Source: Gemmatimonadota bacterium
GTDB taxonomy: Bacteria > Gemmatimonadota > Gemmatimonadetes > Palauibacterales > Palauibacteraceae
DNA length: 64,000 bases
Direction of reading: 5' to 3'
Assembly (NCBI GenBank): GCA_965116475.1
Contig: OZ220691.1
Span: 608,001 to 672,000, forward strand
Below are positions 1 through 10,188 of this stretch, in pieces (the first letter of the stretch is position 1; the number at the start of each line of letters is the position of its first letter). The position numbers and the translations under genes are program-made. The notes below the pieces were generated by a model that did not search any database, was not told where the DNA came from, and was given only the letters and a program-made list of their open reading frames with translations.

Positions 1-2
1 AG

Positions 3-1958
3 CTCACGGACGACCCCTTCGTCGACCTGATGCCGGCGTGGTCGCGCGACGGCTCGCGGCTTGCCTACGCCTCGGATCGGGCGGGCTCGCTCGACATCTG
101 GGTGCGCGACATGGCCACCGGCGCCGAGACGCGCGTCACCACCGCGCCGGGCGGCGAGGTGGGCCCCGTGTTCTCTCCCGCCGGAGACCGGATCGTCTTC
201 ACCTCCGTCATGGGACTGGAGGCCGCCGTGCAGGTCGTGAACCTCGCGACGGGCGAACTCACCACGATCCGCAACGATCTCTTCGCCCCCAGCCGGCCGT
301 CGTTCTCCCCGGATGGGCGGACGATCGCGATGTCCGTCCTCTCGCAGTACTCGTCGCGCTTCCGCGAGGGGCGGAACGAGATCCTCCTGCAGCCGCTGGA
401 CGGGGGCGAGACGCGCCGGGTCACGGCGGCCGATCACGAGAACATGGGGGTGCGGGCGCTCGACGGGCCGGTGTGGTCGCCGGACGGGCGGCGCATGGCG
501 TACGCCAGCGAGGGCGTGCTGTGGATGGTCGAGGTCGACGGGGAGGGCGCGCCCAGCGGGCCGCCGATCCGTCTCTCCAACCACCACGCGGACGCGATCT
601 CGTGGACGGGCGACTCACGGTCCATCGTCTATCAGTCGACGCGCGGCCTTCGCCGCCACCACCTCGACGACGGCCACTCCGAGGAGATTCCGCTGCGGCT
701 GGAGTGGCGACGCCCCGCGCGCGAGGGTGCCGTGGTCGTACGGGCGGCGCGCGTGTGGGACGGCGTCTCGGACGACATCTCCCGCGACATGGACATTATC
801 GTCGAGGGCAACCGGATCGTCTCCGTCGTCCCGCGCGGCGACGCGCGTGCCGCCGCGGTCATCGACGCGGGGGGCGAGGTCGTGGACGCGGGCGACCACA
901 CCGTCCTTCCGGGCCTCGTCGACATGCACTCGCACATGGGCTACGGGATGGGCGAGGCGCTGGGCCGCGCCTTTCTCGCCTACGGGGTGACGACGATCCG
1001 CGATCCCACCTCCGACCCGTACGAGATCGCCGAACGCCGGGAGTCCATCGACTCGGGCCGCCGCATCGGACCGCGGGAGTTCGCCACCGGCCGCACGATG
1101 GACGGCAACCGGATCTACTACTCGGGCGCCGGCTCCCTCGGCCCCAACGGCAACCTCGAGCTGGAGCTGGACCGCGCCGAGCACGTGGGCTACTCCCTCA
1201 TCAAGACCTACGTCCGCATGCCGGACCTCATCCAGCGCCGCATCATCGAGTTCGCGCACGGGATCGGGATTCCGGTGGCGAGTCACGAAATCTATCCCGC
1301 CGTCGCGCACGGCCAGGACCACGTCGAACACATCTCGGGCACGAGCCGCCGCGGCTATTCGCCGAAGGTGACGGCGATGTACCGGACGTACGACGACGTG
1401 ATCCAGCTCCTTACCGCCTCCGGCATGACGATCACGCCGACGATGGCCCTTATGGGCGGCTGGTGGAAGTCCGTCGGCGACGACCCGTCGTGGACGACCG
1501 ACGCCCGCTTCGAGGCCCTGTTCCCCGAGGGGATGGCCGAAGCCATGACCGCACGCGCCCTCACGAGGGGCCGGGCCGGCGGCATCGACGAGCTGCTCGC
1601 CGACGCCGGCCGCACCGTGACCCGCGTCGTGCGCGGCGGCGGCAAGGTGGTGGCGGGCACCGACTCCCCCATCATCCCCTACGGCGCCGCCCTCATCGCC
1701 GAGGTCGAGAACTACGTCTGGGGCGGCCTCACCGAGGTCGAGGCCCTGCGCACGGCGACGTCGGTCGCCGCCGAGGCGCTGGCCATGGAAGGGGAGATCG
1801 GCACCCTGTCCGCCGGCGCCCTCGCCGACATCCTCATCGTCGAGGGCAACCCGCTGGAGGACATCACGGACCTCCGCCGCGCCCGCATCGTCCTCAAGGA
1901 CGGCGAGATCTTCCGCCTCGAGGACCTCATGCAGCCGCCCCGCGCGCTCGTGCCCTGA
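3..1958 (+). CDS. PD40/TolB-like beta-propeller + amidohydrolase family protein (5'-partial)
   Basis: Frame is open to the window edge. Repeated P-x-W/F-S-P/R-D-G propeller motifs, then metal-binding DMHSH, GTDSP and GxLxxGxxADILIV amidohydrolase motifs. Confidence 0.88.
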   Translation, partial: LTDDPFVDLMPAWSRDGSRLAYASDRAGSLDIWVRDMATGAETRVTTAPGGEVGPVFSPAGDRIVFTSVMGLEAAVQVVNLATGELTTIRNDLFAPSRPSFSPDGRTIAMSVLSQYSSRFREGRNEILLQPLDGGETRRVTAADHENMGVRALDGPVWSPDGRRMAYASEGVLWMVEVDGEGAPSGPPIRLSNHHADAISWTGDSRSIVYQSTRGLRRHHLDDGHSEEIPLRLEWRRPAREGAVVVRAARVWDGVSDDISRDMDIIVEGNRIVSVVPRGDARAAAVIDAGGEVVDAGDHTVLPGLVDMHSHMGYGMGEALGRAFLAYGVTTIRDPTSDPYEIAERRESIDSGRRIGPREFATGRTMDGNRIYYSGAGSLGPNGNLELELDRAEHVGYSLIKTYVRMPDLIQRRIIEFAHGIGIPVASHEIYPAVAHGQDHVEHISGTSRRGYSPKVTAMYRTYDDVIQLLTASGMTITPTMALMGGWWKSVGDDPSWTTDARFEALFPEGMAEAMTARALTRGRAGGIDELLADAGRTVTRVVRGGGKVVAGTDSPIIPYGAALIAEVENYVWGGLTEVEALRTATSVAAEALAMEGEIGTLSAGALADILIVEGNPLEDITDLRRARIVLKDGEIFRLEDLMQPPRALVP

Positions 1959-2003
1959 CCCGGCCGGTTTTCGACCGTCCAGGCGAAAGCGCGGCGGGGT
2001 TCG

Positions 2004-2654
2004 TCAGCCTCCGACCGGAAACACGAACCCGGCCTGAAGCGCCAGGTGCCGCGTCTTGATGGCCTGCAGTGACGTGTCGTCGACGTTCGCGAGTCCCAGC
2101 GAGTAAATCAGGTCGACACCCAGCCGCAGACGGTCGGAAATCGCCAGTTCCACCCCGGCGCCCGCCGCGACGCCGTAATCGATCGGTTTCGTCGTAGCGT
2201 CGCACGACCCGGATTCGCTCATCGATCCCAGTTCGCCAAGGTCGAAGTCCAGGCTCGCGTCGCAGAAAAGGAGGGACGCCGCCCACGGGCCCAGCAACAG
2301 TCCGACGGACGCTGCGCGGTCTCGCGGTGTACCGATTCGCACGAGCGCCGACGCCTGTAACCAGTTCGCCTCGATGCTGGCCGATCCCCCGATGCCTTCC
2401 GAGGGGAGGTTCGCGGACCAGACCGTACCCTTCTGCGCATACGCTCCGCCGATCCGAAGGTCGACCGAGCTTCCGACCGGAAACGTGACGTCGAAGCTCG
2501 CGACCACACCCCGCCGCCCGTCCTGATCCGGCGTTCCCTCCACATCCGAGGAGATGGTGGCCTCGCTCAGCCCGCCACGAAATCCGAGCGTCGTTTGCCC
2601 CATCAGCGGGGCGGCGATCAGGAGGGGAAGGAGCGACGCGACGACTCTGCGCAT
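2004..2654 (-). CDS. Outer-membrane beta-barrel protein (porin/PorT-like family)
   Basis: Signal peptide MRRVVASLLPLLIAAPLMG, GFRGG, AYAQKG, amphipathic strands and C-terminal LQAGFVFP. AAAGG RBS precedes the ATG at 2654. Confidence 0.75.
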   Translation of the reverse strand: MRRVVASLLPLLIAAPLMGQTTLGFRGGLSEATISSDVEGTPDQDGRRGVVASFDVTFPVGSSVDLRIGGAYAQKGTVWSANLPSEGIGGSASIEANWLQASALVRIGTPRDRAASVGLLLGPWAASLLFCDASLDFDLGELGSMSESGSCDATTKPIDYGVAAGAGVELAISDRLRLGVDLIYSLGLANVDDTSLQAIKTRHLALQAGFVFPVGG

Positions 2655-2718
2655 GTGGAACCGACCTTTCTGGAGGAGACTCGTTGCGATGAACACTACC
2701 GTGACGCCGTGCGCTTCG

Positions 2719-3393
2719 TCAGCGGCCGATCGGGATCACGACACCGGCCTGGACCGCCAGGCTTCGGTGCTTTGGGGCGGCCGGGTCGTCATCGATCCGT
2801 GAGAGTCCGATCGAGTACACCACATCCAGCCCCAGGCTGAGGCCGTCCGAGACCGCCAGTTCCACACCGCCCCCGGCCGCCACGCCGAAATCGGTCTTGC
2901 TTCCCTCTTCCGAGCACGATCCCGACTCGCTGATCGAGCCGAATTCCCCGAGATCGACTGCGGTGCTCGCATCGCAGAAAAGGCGATAGGCCATCCACGG
3001 GCCCAGCAGGACGCCCACCGATAGTGGGCCGTCTCGCGACGACCCGACGCGCGCCAGGGTGGAGAACTGAAGGTAGTCCATCTCGAAACCGGTCGATCCG
3101 CTGCCGCCGACTCCGGAAACGCTCAGGCTGTACCCCTTCTGCGCGTACGCGCCCCCGACGCGAAGTTCGATCCCCCGTGCCAGCGGGAAGGCGACATCGA
3201 TCCCCGCGACCGCTCCCATGCGTGGATCTTCGCTCGCGGCGACCCCGAACTCCTCGAGTTCCACCAACTCGTCCTCGACGAACTCCGAGAACGTGGCCCG
3301 GTTCAGCCCGGCCCTGAATCCCACCATCGTCTGCGCCATGAGTGGAGCGGCAACGAGCAGCGGGAGGAGTGATACGACGATTCTGCGTAGCAT
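2719..3393 (-). CDS. Outer-membrane beta-barrel protein, tandem paralog of 2004-2654
   Basis: Same signal peptide and shared motifs (GGAYAQKG, SVGxLLGPW, LFCDAS, SESGSC, QAG). Confidence 0.75.
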   Translation of the reverse strand: MLRRIVVSLLPLLVAAPLMAQTMVGFRAGLNRATFSEFVEDELVELEEFGVAASEDPRMGAVAGIDVAFPLARGIELRVGGAYAQKGYSLSVSGVGGSGSTGFEMDYLQFSTLARVGSSRDGPLSVGVLLGPWMAYRLFCDASTAVDLGEFGSISESGSCSEEGSKTDFGVAAGGGVELAVSDGLSLGLDVVYSIGLSRIDDDPAAPKHRSLAVQAGVVIPIGR

Positions 3394-3407
3394 TGGAGCC
3401 TCTCTCG

Positions 3408-3438
3408 TGTCCGGGTCATGTCCGGGTCATGTCCAGGT
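3408..3438. repeat. 11-bp tandem repeat (TGTCCGGGTCA x2 plus a partial copy) just upstream of the beta-barrel RBS
   Basis: Read directly from the sequence. Confidence 0.8.
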
Positions 3439-3526
3439 GTCGTCTCCGTACCGGTGGATCAGCGGGATGACGAGCGGAGACCGCGGCTGGTCACTCTGCC
3501 GGGCGCCGGCGCCACGGCTCGTCGTT

Positions 3527-4525
3527 TCAGAAAACGTTCATGAAGATGAACACGACCGCGACGGCGCTCAGGGCCCAGATCACGCGGTCGCTGCGCTGCA
3601 GGAGGACGTGCTTGTTGAGGATCGCCCCGATCGGGGCGGCGAAGGCGTAGGTGGCGAAGAACGTCTGGAAGTAGTCCATCATCAGGGAGCCGGGGTTGAA
3701 GCCTCCAGGGCCGCCAAGGCCCGCCTCGATGAGATCGAAGACGGTGAAGATGATCGTGAACCAGACGCCGAACTGCAGGTAGAGCTTGGCCTCGGCCCGC
3801 CGCCGCCTGCGGAGGATGGCGAACGCCGCCAGCACCTGCCGGAAGGCGAGCGACAGCGCTCCGCCGGGATCGTTGGTGTAGTAGAACAGCCGCAGCCGGT
3901 GCGCCCAGCGGTCGAATCCGCGCAGGATGGGCAGGTTGGAGAGGGCGGCCCAGCGGGTTCCCAGCAGCGTGATCGCGATGAGCGCGAGCACGGCGATGAT
4001 CGGCTCGTAGATCCCGAATCCGCGCGCGAAGGCGCCCATCGACCCGCCCGCCAGCATCATCACGATGGCGTCGGCCACGAGGCGCACGCGCGTCCGCCGC
4101 TTGGCGGCCCAGTGCGGCTCCGGCGGGAGCGTCTCGCCCTTGGCCGGCATGAAGGCGAGCTGGCGGGGCGGCAGGCCCAGGAACCGCCGCCGCGCCTGGT
4201 CTTCGTTGAACTTCCGCACCATGCGCGGGATGAGCAGGACGTCCGCGACCCACCACAGCCCCGCCCCCCCGACGGTGAGCAGCATGAGGAAGCCGGTGCC
4301 GGGACGGTCGAGATAGAAGCGGTGGCCGCCGAAGATCCCCGTCAGGAGCCACAGCGGATAGGCGATGCCTTCGCGCTTCGGCCGGTAGCTGTACAGCTGG
4401 TCGAGCACGGCGCGCGAGAAGTCGAGGTCGCCCCTGCCGGGCACCTGGGGAGGGCCCTGATGCAGCGCGGAGAGCCCGAAGAGCGTGTCGTCGGAGGTCC
4501 CGGGGCGTGGCGGATCCCCGGACAT
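3527..4525 (-). CDS. TM2 domain-containing membrane protein
   Basis: AYPLWLLTGIFGGHRFYL...GLWWVADVLLIP TM2 signature followed by several more TM helices. Confidence 0.75.
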   Translation of the reverse strand: MSGDPPRPGTSDDTLFGLSALHQGPPQVPGRGDLDFSRAVLDQLYSYRPKREGIAYPLWLLTGIFGGHRFYLDRPGTGFLMLLTVGGAGLWWVADVLLIPRMVRKFNEDQARRRFLGLPPRQLAFMPAKGETLPPEPHWAAKRRTRVRLVADAIVMMLAGGSMGAFARGFGIYEPIIAVLALIAITLLGTRWAALSNLPILRGFDRWAHRLRLFYYTNDPGGALSLAFRQVLAAFAILRRRRRAEAKLYLQFGVWFTIIFTVFDLIEAGLGGPGGFNPGSLMMDYFQTFFATYAFAAPIGAILNKHVLLQRSDRVIWALSAVAVVFIFMNVF

Positions 4526-6193
4526 CTAGAAGGCCACGGGCTCCTTGAAGCGGCCGTACACCTTCTCGAGCACGATCCGGATCTCGCCCAGCGTCGCGTA
4601 GGCCCGCACCGCGTCGAGCAGGGGCGGCAGCAGGTTCTCGTCTTCGCGCGCGGCCCGCCCCAGCGTCTCGAGCGCCTGCTCGACGGCACCGGAATCGCGG
4701 CGCGCGCGGAGATCCGCCAGCCGCGCCTCCTGCTTCGCCGCGGCCTCCTCGCCGATCCTCAGAATCTCGATCGGGGGCTCCTCCGCATCCTCGAACCGGT
4801 TCACGCCCACGATCGTCTGCGTCCCCTTCTCCACCTCATCCTGGAACCGGCGCGCGGAAGCCGCGATCTGCGCCTGGAAATAGCCGGACTCGATCCCGTA
4901 CACGACCCCGCCGATGTCGTCGATCTCGCGGAAGATCTCCTCCGCCTCCGCCTCGAGTGCGTCCGTCAGCGACTCGACGTAGTAGGAACCCGCGAGGGGA
5001 TCGATCGTGTTCGGGACGCCGGTCTCGTAGGCGAGGATCTGCTGCGTGCGCAGGGCGATCTTCGCCGCCTCCTCGGTGGGGAGCGCGAGGGTCTCGTCCA
5101 TCGCGTTCGTGTGCAGCGACTGCGTGCCGCCGAGCGCCGCCGCCATCGCCTGGTACGCGACCCGCACGATGTTGTTGTGCGGCTGCTGCGCGGTGAGGGA
5201 GACGCCGGCCGTCTGGGCGTGCGTCCGCAGCCGCAGGCTCCGGGGATCGCGGGCGCCGTACGCGTCGCGCATGTGCCGGGCCCAGATGCGGCGGCCGGCC
5301 CGGAACTTCGCGATTTCCTCGAAGAAGTCGTTGTGAACGTCCCAGAAGAAGGAGAGCCGCGGCGCGAAGCTGTCCACGTCGAGCCCGCGTTCGATGCCCC
5401 GCTCCACGTAGGTGAAGCCGTTCTTCAGCGTGTAGGCGAGTTCCTGCGCGGCGGTCGCCCCCGCCTCCCGGATGTGGTAACCGGAGATGGAGATCGTGTT
5501 GAAGCGCGGCGCGGCGTCCGCCGACCACTCGAAGATGTCGGCGATGATCTTGAGCGCGGGCTCGGGCGGGAAGATCCAGGCGTGCTGGGCCTGGTATTCC
5601 TTGAGGATGTCGTTCTGGATCGTCCCGCGGACCCGGTCGAGCGGCACCCCCTGGTTCTCCGCCGTTACGAGGAGGAAGGCGTACAGCATGAGGGCGGGCC
5701 CGTTGATCGTCATCGACACGGACACCTGGTCGAGCGGGATCCCGTCGAAGAGCGTCTCCATGTCGGCGAGGCTCGAGATCGCGACGCCGCACTTCCCCAC
5801 TTCTCCCTCGGAGCGGCGGTCGTCGGAGTCGTACCCCATGAGGGTGGGGAAGTCGAAGGCGACGGAGAGTCCCGTCTGTCCGCGCCGGAGGAGGTACTTG
5901 TAGCGCTCGTTCGTCTCGTGCGCGGTGGCGAAGCCGGAGAAGAGCCGCATCGTCCACAGCTTCGTGCGGTACATCGAATGGTACGGGCCGCGCGTGAACG
6001 GGAACTCGCCGGGCGTGCCGAGCCGGTCCAGGTAGCCCCCCGGGCCGGTGTCGCCGGCGTCGAGGGGGGTGTAGAGCGGCTTGATCTCCCGCCCGGAGAT
6101 GCTCCGGAAGCTGGTGTCGTCGCGCTGCGGCGCCTGGCGGAAGACCGCCTCCCAAAGCTCGAGCTGATCGCTCAGCGCACCGTGCTTGCTCAT
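4526..6193 (-). CDS. B12-dependent acyl-CoA mutase, substrate-binding large subunit (methylmalonyl-/isobutyryl-CoA mutase family; ICM-like residues)
   Basis: [42 protein letters not shown] and GGTQSLHTN motifs; no B12-binding domain. Start MSKHG at 6193. Confidence 0.92.
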   Translation of the reverse strand: MSKHGALSDQLELWEAVFRQAPQRDDTSFRSISGREIKPLYTPLDAGDTGPGGYLDRLGTPGEFPFTRGPYHSMYRTKLWTMRLFSGFATAHETNERYKYLLRRGQTGLSVAFDFPTLMGYDSDDRRSEGEVGKCGVAISSLADMETLFDGIPLDQVSVSMTINGPALMLYAFLLVTAENQGVPLDRVRGTIQNDILKEYQAQHAWIFPPEPALKIIADIFEWSADAAPRFNTISISGYHIREAGATAAQELAYTLKNGFTYVERGIERGLDVDSFAPRLSFFWDVHNDFFEEIAKFRAGRRIWARHMRDAYGARDPRSLRLRTHAQTAGVSLTAQQPHNNIVRVAYQAMAAALGGTQSLHTNAMDETLALPTEEAAKIALRTQQILAYETGVPNTIDPLAGSYYVESLTDALEAEAEEIFREIDDIGGVVYGIESGYFQAQIAASARRFQDEVEKGTQTIVGVNRFEDAEEPPIEILRIGEEAAAKQEARLADLRARRDSGAVEQALETLGRAAREDENLLPPLLDAVRAYATLGEIRIVLEKVYGRFKEPVAF

Positions 6194-6269
6194 GCCCCGT
6201 CCCGTATCGTCCGGCTCGTCGGCGCCGGGTCCATGCCGCGGAGGCTGCCGGCTCCCGGCTACCGGCTCC

Positions 6270-6293
6270 CAAAGTAGGGGACAAAGTAGGGAA
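6270..6293. repeat. 12-bp tandem duplication CAAAGTAGGG(G/A)A x2
   Basis: Read directly in the divergent intergenic region. Confidence 0.8.
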
Positions 6294-6296
6294 CGG

Positions 6297-6314
6297 ACGT
6301 TCCCGCGGGAACGT
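6297..6314. promoter_or_regulatory. Perfect 18-bp palindrome ACGTTCCCGCGGGAACGT (parS-like protein-binding site), copy 1
   Basis: Perfect palindrome. An identical 21-mer occurs at 19910-19930. Resembles parS GTTCC-N4-GGAAC. Confidence 0.5.
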
Positions 6315-6335
6315 GCCGGCCGCGAATACCGTGAG

Positions 6336-6408
6336 AGGGGCAGCACACAGGGGCAGCACGAGACACACGCAGAGGCACACGCAGAGGCAAACGCAGAGGC
6401 AAACAATG
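6336..6408. repeat. About six drifting 12-13 bp tandem units (AGGCA(C/A)ACGCAG) running into the ATG at 6406
   Basis: AGGGGCAGCACAC / AGGGGCAGCACG / AGACACACGCAG / AGGCACACGCAG / AGGCAAACGCAG / AGGCAAACAATG. Confidence 0.85.
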
Positions 6409-7254
6409 CGCGGACGATGGATGGTTCGGGCCCTCGGGATCGGGGCGCTCTTTGTGATGGCGGCCGGTGTGACGCCGGCCGGGGCCGCGCACGGGCAGCG
6501 GGGACCGCTCGTGGCGGACCGGCCGGACTTCACCGAGGCGGCGGCAACGGTGGGGCGCGGCGTGTTCCAGCTCGAGTTCGGCTACACCTACGAGCATGAC
6601 CGGCCGGAGGGCGGCCGCGGTGGCGTGTGGACGCACTCGCTGGGCGAACCCCTCCTGCGGCTCGGCGTGCTCGGCGAGGGACTGGAACTTCGGCTGGGCC
6701 TGAGTCCCGTGTCCGAGGGTGCGGGGACGGACGGGCGGAACATCACCGAGACGGGGATGGAAGATCTCTACCTGGGAGTCAAGCTGGTCCTGACCGAACA
6801 GGAGGGGCTGCGGCCGGCGATGGCGGTCCTTCCCCAGGTGACGGTCCCCGCGGGAAGCGACGCCTTCACGAGCGATCGCACGCTGCCGGGGGTGAACTTC
6901 ATCTACGGCTGGGACGTCACGGAGGACGTCGCGCTGTCGGGAAGCACGCAGATGAACCGGGCCCTGAGCGATGCCGGCGGCGGGGCGGGCCGTGAGGGAG
7001 AGGCGGAGTACGCCGAGTGGGCGCAGTCGGCGGTGGCCGGGTTCTCGGTGGGCGCGCGGGCCGGGGTCTACGCCGAGTGGTTCGCCTTCTTCCACGCGGA
7101 AGCGGAGGGGACGCGCGCGGAGCACTACGCCAACGGCGGCTTCACGTGGAGCTTCAGCGACGATCTCCAGTGGGACATCCGCGCCGGCGTGGGGCTGAAC
7201 GAGTCCGCGACGGGCTTTTTCGCGGGGACGGGACTCGTCGTCAGGTTCCCCTGA
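6406..7254 (+). CDS. Outer-membrane 'transporter' beta-barrel (Phenol_MetA_deg-like family)
   Basis: Signal peptide, DRPDFTE and G(V)FQLEFG N-terminal motifs, C-terminal GLVVRF. Confidence 0.75.
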   Translation: MRGRWMVRALGIGALFVMAAGVTPAGAAHGQRGPLVADRPDFTEAAATVGRGVFQLEFGYTYEHDRPEGGRGGVWTHSLGEPLLRLGVLGEGLELRLGLSPVSEGAGTDGRNITETGMEDLYLGVKLVLTEQEGLRPAMAVLPQVTVPAGSDAFTSDRTLPGVNFIYGWDVTEDVALSGSTQMNRALSDAGGGAGREGEAEYAEWAQSAVAGFSVGARAGVYAEWFAFFHAEAEGTRAEHYANGGFTWSFSDDLQWDIRAGVGLNESATGFFAGTGLVVRFP

Positions 7255-8257
7255 GACCTTCCCTGAACTCGTCGTACAGCCGGCGCGCGATCGCGTAGGG
7301 GGAAGCCCCGGAATCCAGCGTTGCGGGGGAGGCGGCGCGCCAGATCCGCTCGGCGTCGCGGCTGGAGCGGCGGAGGAGCGCGTCGTGCGCGCGGCGCAGG
7401 CGGGCGGCGCGGCGGTTCGCCTCGAGCCGCCCCGTCGACCGCAGCCAGTCGAAGTGCCGGTCGAGGTGCGCCGCGAACTCCTCGATCCCCCGGGCCTCCG
7501 ACGCGACGGTCTGCGTGATCGGCATGCGCCAGGGGGCGTCGGCGCCGTCGCTGCTGTCTCCGCCGTCGCCGCCGTCACCCGGGCCGGCCGCGGGGCGGTT
7601 CGCGAAGCGGATCGACATGATGATCGCGATCTCCTTCTCCAGCCGGTCCGCGCCGGGCCGGTCCGACTTGTTGATGACGAAGAGGTCCGCCACCTCCATG
7701 AGCCCGGCCTTCATCGCCTGCACCCCATCGCCCGATTCCGGGACGAGGACGACGGCGGTCGTGTCGGCGGAGACGGCGATGTCGAGTTCCGCCTGGCCCA
7801 CGCCGAGCGTCTCGAGGATCACGCGGTCGTAACCGGCCGCGTCCATGAGATCGGCCGCTTCCCGCGTGGCGGTCGCGAGGCCGCCGAGCGAGCCGCGGCT
7901 CGCCATCGAACGGATGAAGACGCCGGGCTCGGTGGAGAGTTCTCCCATGCGGATGCGGTCGCCGAGCAGGGCTCCGCCGGTGAACGGACTCGTCGGGTCC
8001 ACGGCGACGATCCCGACCTTGAGAGACTGGTTGAGATAATGCCGCGTAAGTGCCTCCGTCAGCGTCGACTTGCCGGCACCGGGCGGCCCCGTGATGCCAA
8101 TGCGCCGCGCGCGTCCGGTGCGCCCGTCCAGCCGCTCGAGAAGCGCCTCGAAGCCGTCGCTCTCGTTCTCGACGTGCGAGATCCCCCGGGCCAGCGCCAG
8201 CGGCTCGCCGCCCGCAATGCGGCCGGCGAGCCGCCCCGCATCGAACGCCGGACTCAC
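7241..8257 (-). CDS. meaB: MeaB/ArgK-family GTPase chaperone for B12 mutases
   Basis: GPPGAGKST, DPTSPFTGGALLGDRIRM, RSMASRG, NKSD. Confidence 0.93.
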   Translation of the reverse strand: MSPAFDAGRLAGRIAGGEPLALARGISHVENESDGFEALLERLDGRTGRARRIGITGPPGAGKSTLTEALTRHYLNQSLKVGIVAVDPTSPFTGGALLGDRIRMGELSTEPGVFIRSMASRGSLGGLATATREAADLMDAAGYDRVILETLGVGQAELDIAVSADTTAVVLVPESGDGVQAMKAGLMEVADLFVINKSDRPGADRLEKEIAIIMSIRFANRPAAGPGDGGDGGDSSDGADAPWRMPITQTVASEARGIEEFAAHLDRHFDWLRSTGRLEANRRAARLRRAHDALLRRSSRDAERIWRAASPATLDSGASPYAIARRLYDEFREGLRGT

Positions 8258-8273
8258 CCCGCGTCCCCCGCCC

Positions 8274-9635
8274 TCACAGGAGGAACCGGGTCGCGAGCCC
8301 CAGCAGCAGGACGAACCCGAACAGGTCCGTGAAGGTCGTGACGAAGACCGACGAGGCGACCGCCGGATCCACGCCGGACCGCTCGAGCAGGATCGGGAAG
8401 AACGCGCCCAGCGCCGAGGCCACGGCGAGGTTCCCCCACATCGCGATCATCACGACGAGCCCGAAGATGGCCTCGGTGTTCGGGAGCAGCAGCGAGACGA
8501 GCGCCACGAGCAGCCCGATCGCGAGCCCGTTCACGAGGCCCACGACGAGTTCCTTGACCACGGCGGACCAGCGCTCTTCCGGCAGTTCGTCGGCGAGCGC
8601 GATGCGGCGGATCGTGACCGCCAGCGCCTGCGTGCCCGCGTTTCCGCCCAGTCCCGCGATCACCGGCATCACGGCCGCGAGGATCGCCAACTGTTCGATC
8701 GTGTCCCGGTACAGCCACACCGCGACCGCCGCGACCGAAAGGGTGAGCGTGTTCACCGCGAGCCACGGCAGCCGGCTCCGGATCGCGCCGAGCGTCGTCC
8801 CGCGCAGCTGCTCCTCGTCCGACACCGCAGCGAAGCGCAGGATGTCCTCGGTGACCTCCGCCTCGACGACATCGATCACATCGTCGAAGGTGATCTGCCC
8901 CACCAGCCGGTCCTCGTCGTCGATGACCCCGATCGCAGCCAGGTTGTAACGGGACAGGACCTTCCCCACCTCCTCCTGGTCGAGATCCACCGAAACCACG
9001 GCCGGGGGTTCCTCGAGCAGGGCGGAGATCGGCGTCTCCGGCGCCGCGAGCACGAGATCCCGCAGCGTGACGACGCCGCGCAGCCGCCCCCGCCGCCCGA
9101 CGACGAACACGGTGTAGAGGTCCTCGGTCTCCTCCGCCTGTGCCCGCAGCTCCTCGATCGCCGCCGCGGCCGTCGCCTCCGAGTCGACTGCGCACAGCTC
9201 GCGGGTCATGATCCCGCCCGCGGACTCCTCCGGATACTCGAGCAGTTCGCGGATCTCCCGCTCTTCCTCGTCCGGCATCGACTCGAAGACGCGGGCCCGC
9301 TCCTCCGGATCGAGTTCGCCGATGAGGTCGGCCGCGTCGTCGTCCGCGAGTTCCTCGACGATTTCGGCGATCCGCTCCGGCTCCATGCTCGCGAGCAGCT
9401 CGCCCGGCTTCTCCTCCTCCTCCATCTCGGCGAGGGAGTCCGAGGCGAGGGCGGCCGGGATGAGCTGGAGGAGAGCCAGGCGTTCGGCCTCCTCCATGTG
9501 CTCGAGCACGTCCGCCATGTCGCTCGGATGCAGCGGTTCCACGAACGCGAGGAGCGCGTCCACGTCGCCTGCCTCGAGGCAGGCGCGGGCCTCCTCGGTC
9601 AGGAGGTGGCGCTGCTCTTCCGGATGCTCGTGCAT
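8274..9635 (-). CDS. mgtE: Magnesium transporter MgtE
   Basis: Acidic N-domain, ESAGGIMT, CBS pair, RLPWL, GGNAGTQ, DPAVAS...TTFTD. Confidence 0.93.
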   Translation of the reverse strand: MHEHPEEQRHLLTEEARACLEAGDVDALLAFVEPLHPSDMADVLEHMEEAERLALLQLIPAALASDSLAEMEEEEKPGELLASMEPERIAEIVEELADDDAADLIGELDPEERARVFESMPDEEEREIRELLEYPEESAGGIMTRELCAVDSEATAAAAIEELRAQAEETEDLYTVFVVGRRGRLRGVVTLRDLVLAAPETPISALLEEPPAVVSVDLDQEEVGKVLSRYNLAAIGVIDDEDRLVGQITFDDVIDVVEAEVTEDILRFAAVSDEEQLRGTTLGAIRSRLPWLAVNTLTLSVAAVAVWLYRDTIEQLAILAAVMPVIAGLGGNAGTQALAVTIRRIALADELPEERWSAVVKELVVGLVNGLAIGLLVALVSLLLPNTEAIFGLVVMIAMWGNLAVASALGAFFPILLERSGVDPAVASSVFVTTFTDLFGFVLLLGLATRFLL

Positions 9636-9714
9636 GCTCGCTCGGGAGCCGGCCCGCGGCGGCGGGCGGTTCGCGGATCAGGGCCTTCGGGAAGGCCGCG
9701 GAGGACGGGGAATG

Positions 9715-10188
9715 CTACGCGCGGCCACCGAACTCGGCCAGCAGCCGCGCGAGCAGCCGCTCCTGCAGTGCGAACATCGGAGAAGCGTAGCGCGCCTCGC
9801 CTTCCGGATGGTCGTGGCCGAGCAGGTGAAGGACGCCGTGGATGAGGAGGCGCAGGACTTCCTCGCCGGGATCGAGCCCCAGCTCGCGGGCCGAGGCCTC
9901 GGCGGCTTGCGGAGAGATGTAGATGTCACCGACCAGCGGGTCCTCGCCGAGCCCGAACGCGAGCACGTCGGTGAGGGCGTCGACCCCGTGGTAGTCCCGG
10001 TTCAGGACGCGCATGGCCGCCGCCGGAAGAAAGGTGACGGAAAGCTCGGCGCCCTCGCCCGCGACCCCACCCGCGCGAAGAGCCGCCCGCGCGGCCGCCT
10101 TCAGTTCCGCCTCGGAGGGGCCGCTCCAATCTTCGTCCTCGCCGGGGGGGGAGGCGATGCGGATCGTCGGCGGCACCGGCCGGGTCAA
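9715..10188 (-). CDS. ybeY: rRNA maturation endoribonuclease YbeY
   Basis: LNRDY, TDVLAF, GDIYIS and HGVLHLLGHDH metal motif. A TTG start overlaps the upstream stop. Confidence 0.9.
   Translation of the reverse strand: MTRPVPPTIRIASPPGEDEDWSGPSEAELKAAARAALRAGGVAGEGAELSVTFLPAAAMRVLNRDYHGVDALTDVLAFGLGEDPLVGDIYISPQAAEASARELGLDPGEEVLRLLIHGVLHLLGHDHPEGEARYASPMFALQERLLARLLAEFGGRA

Noticed and set aside
3218-6277. Very long antisense or alternative-frame ORFs (e.g. 3218-6277, 24572-27313, 31212-34685, 34538-37771, 51726-54023)
   Set aside because: Shadow ORFs typical of high-GC DNA. They overlap well-supported genes and are R/G/P/A-rich without family motifs.
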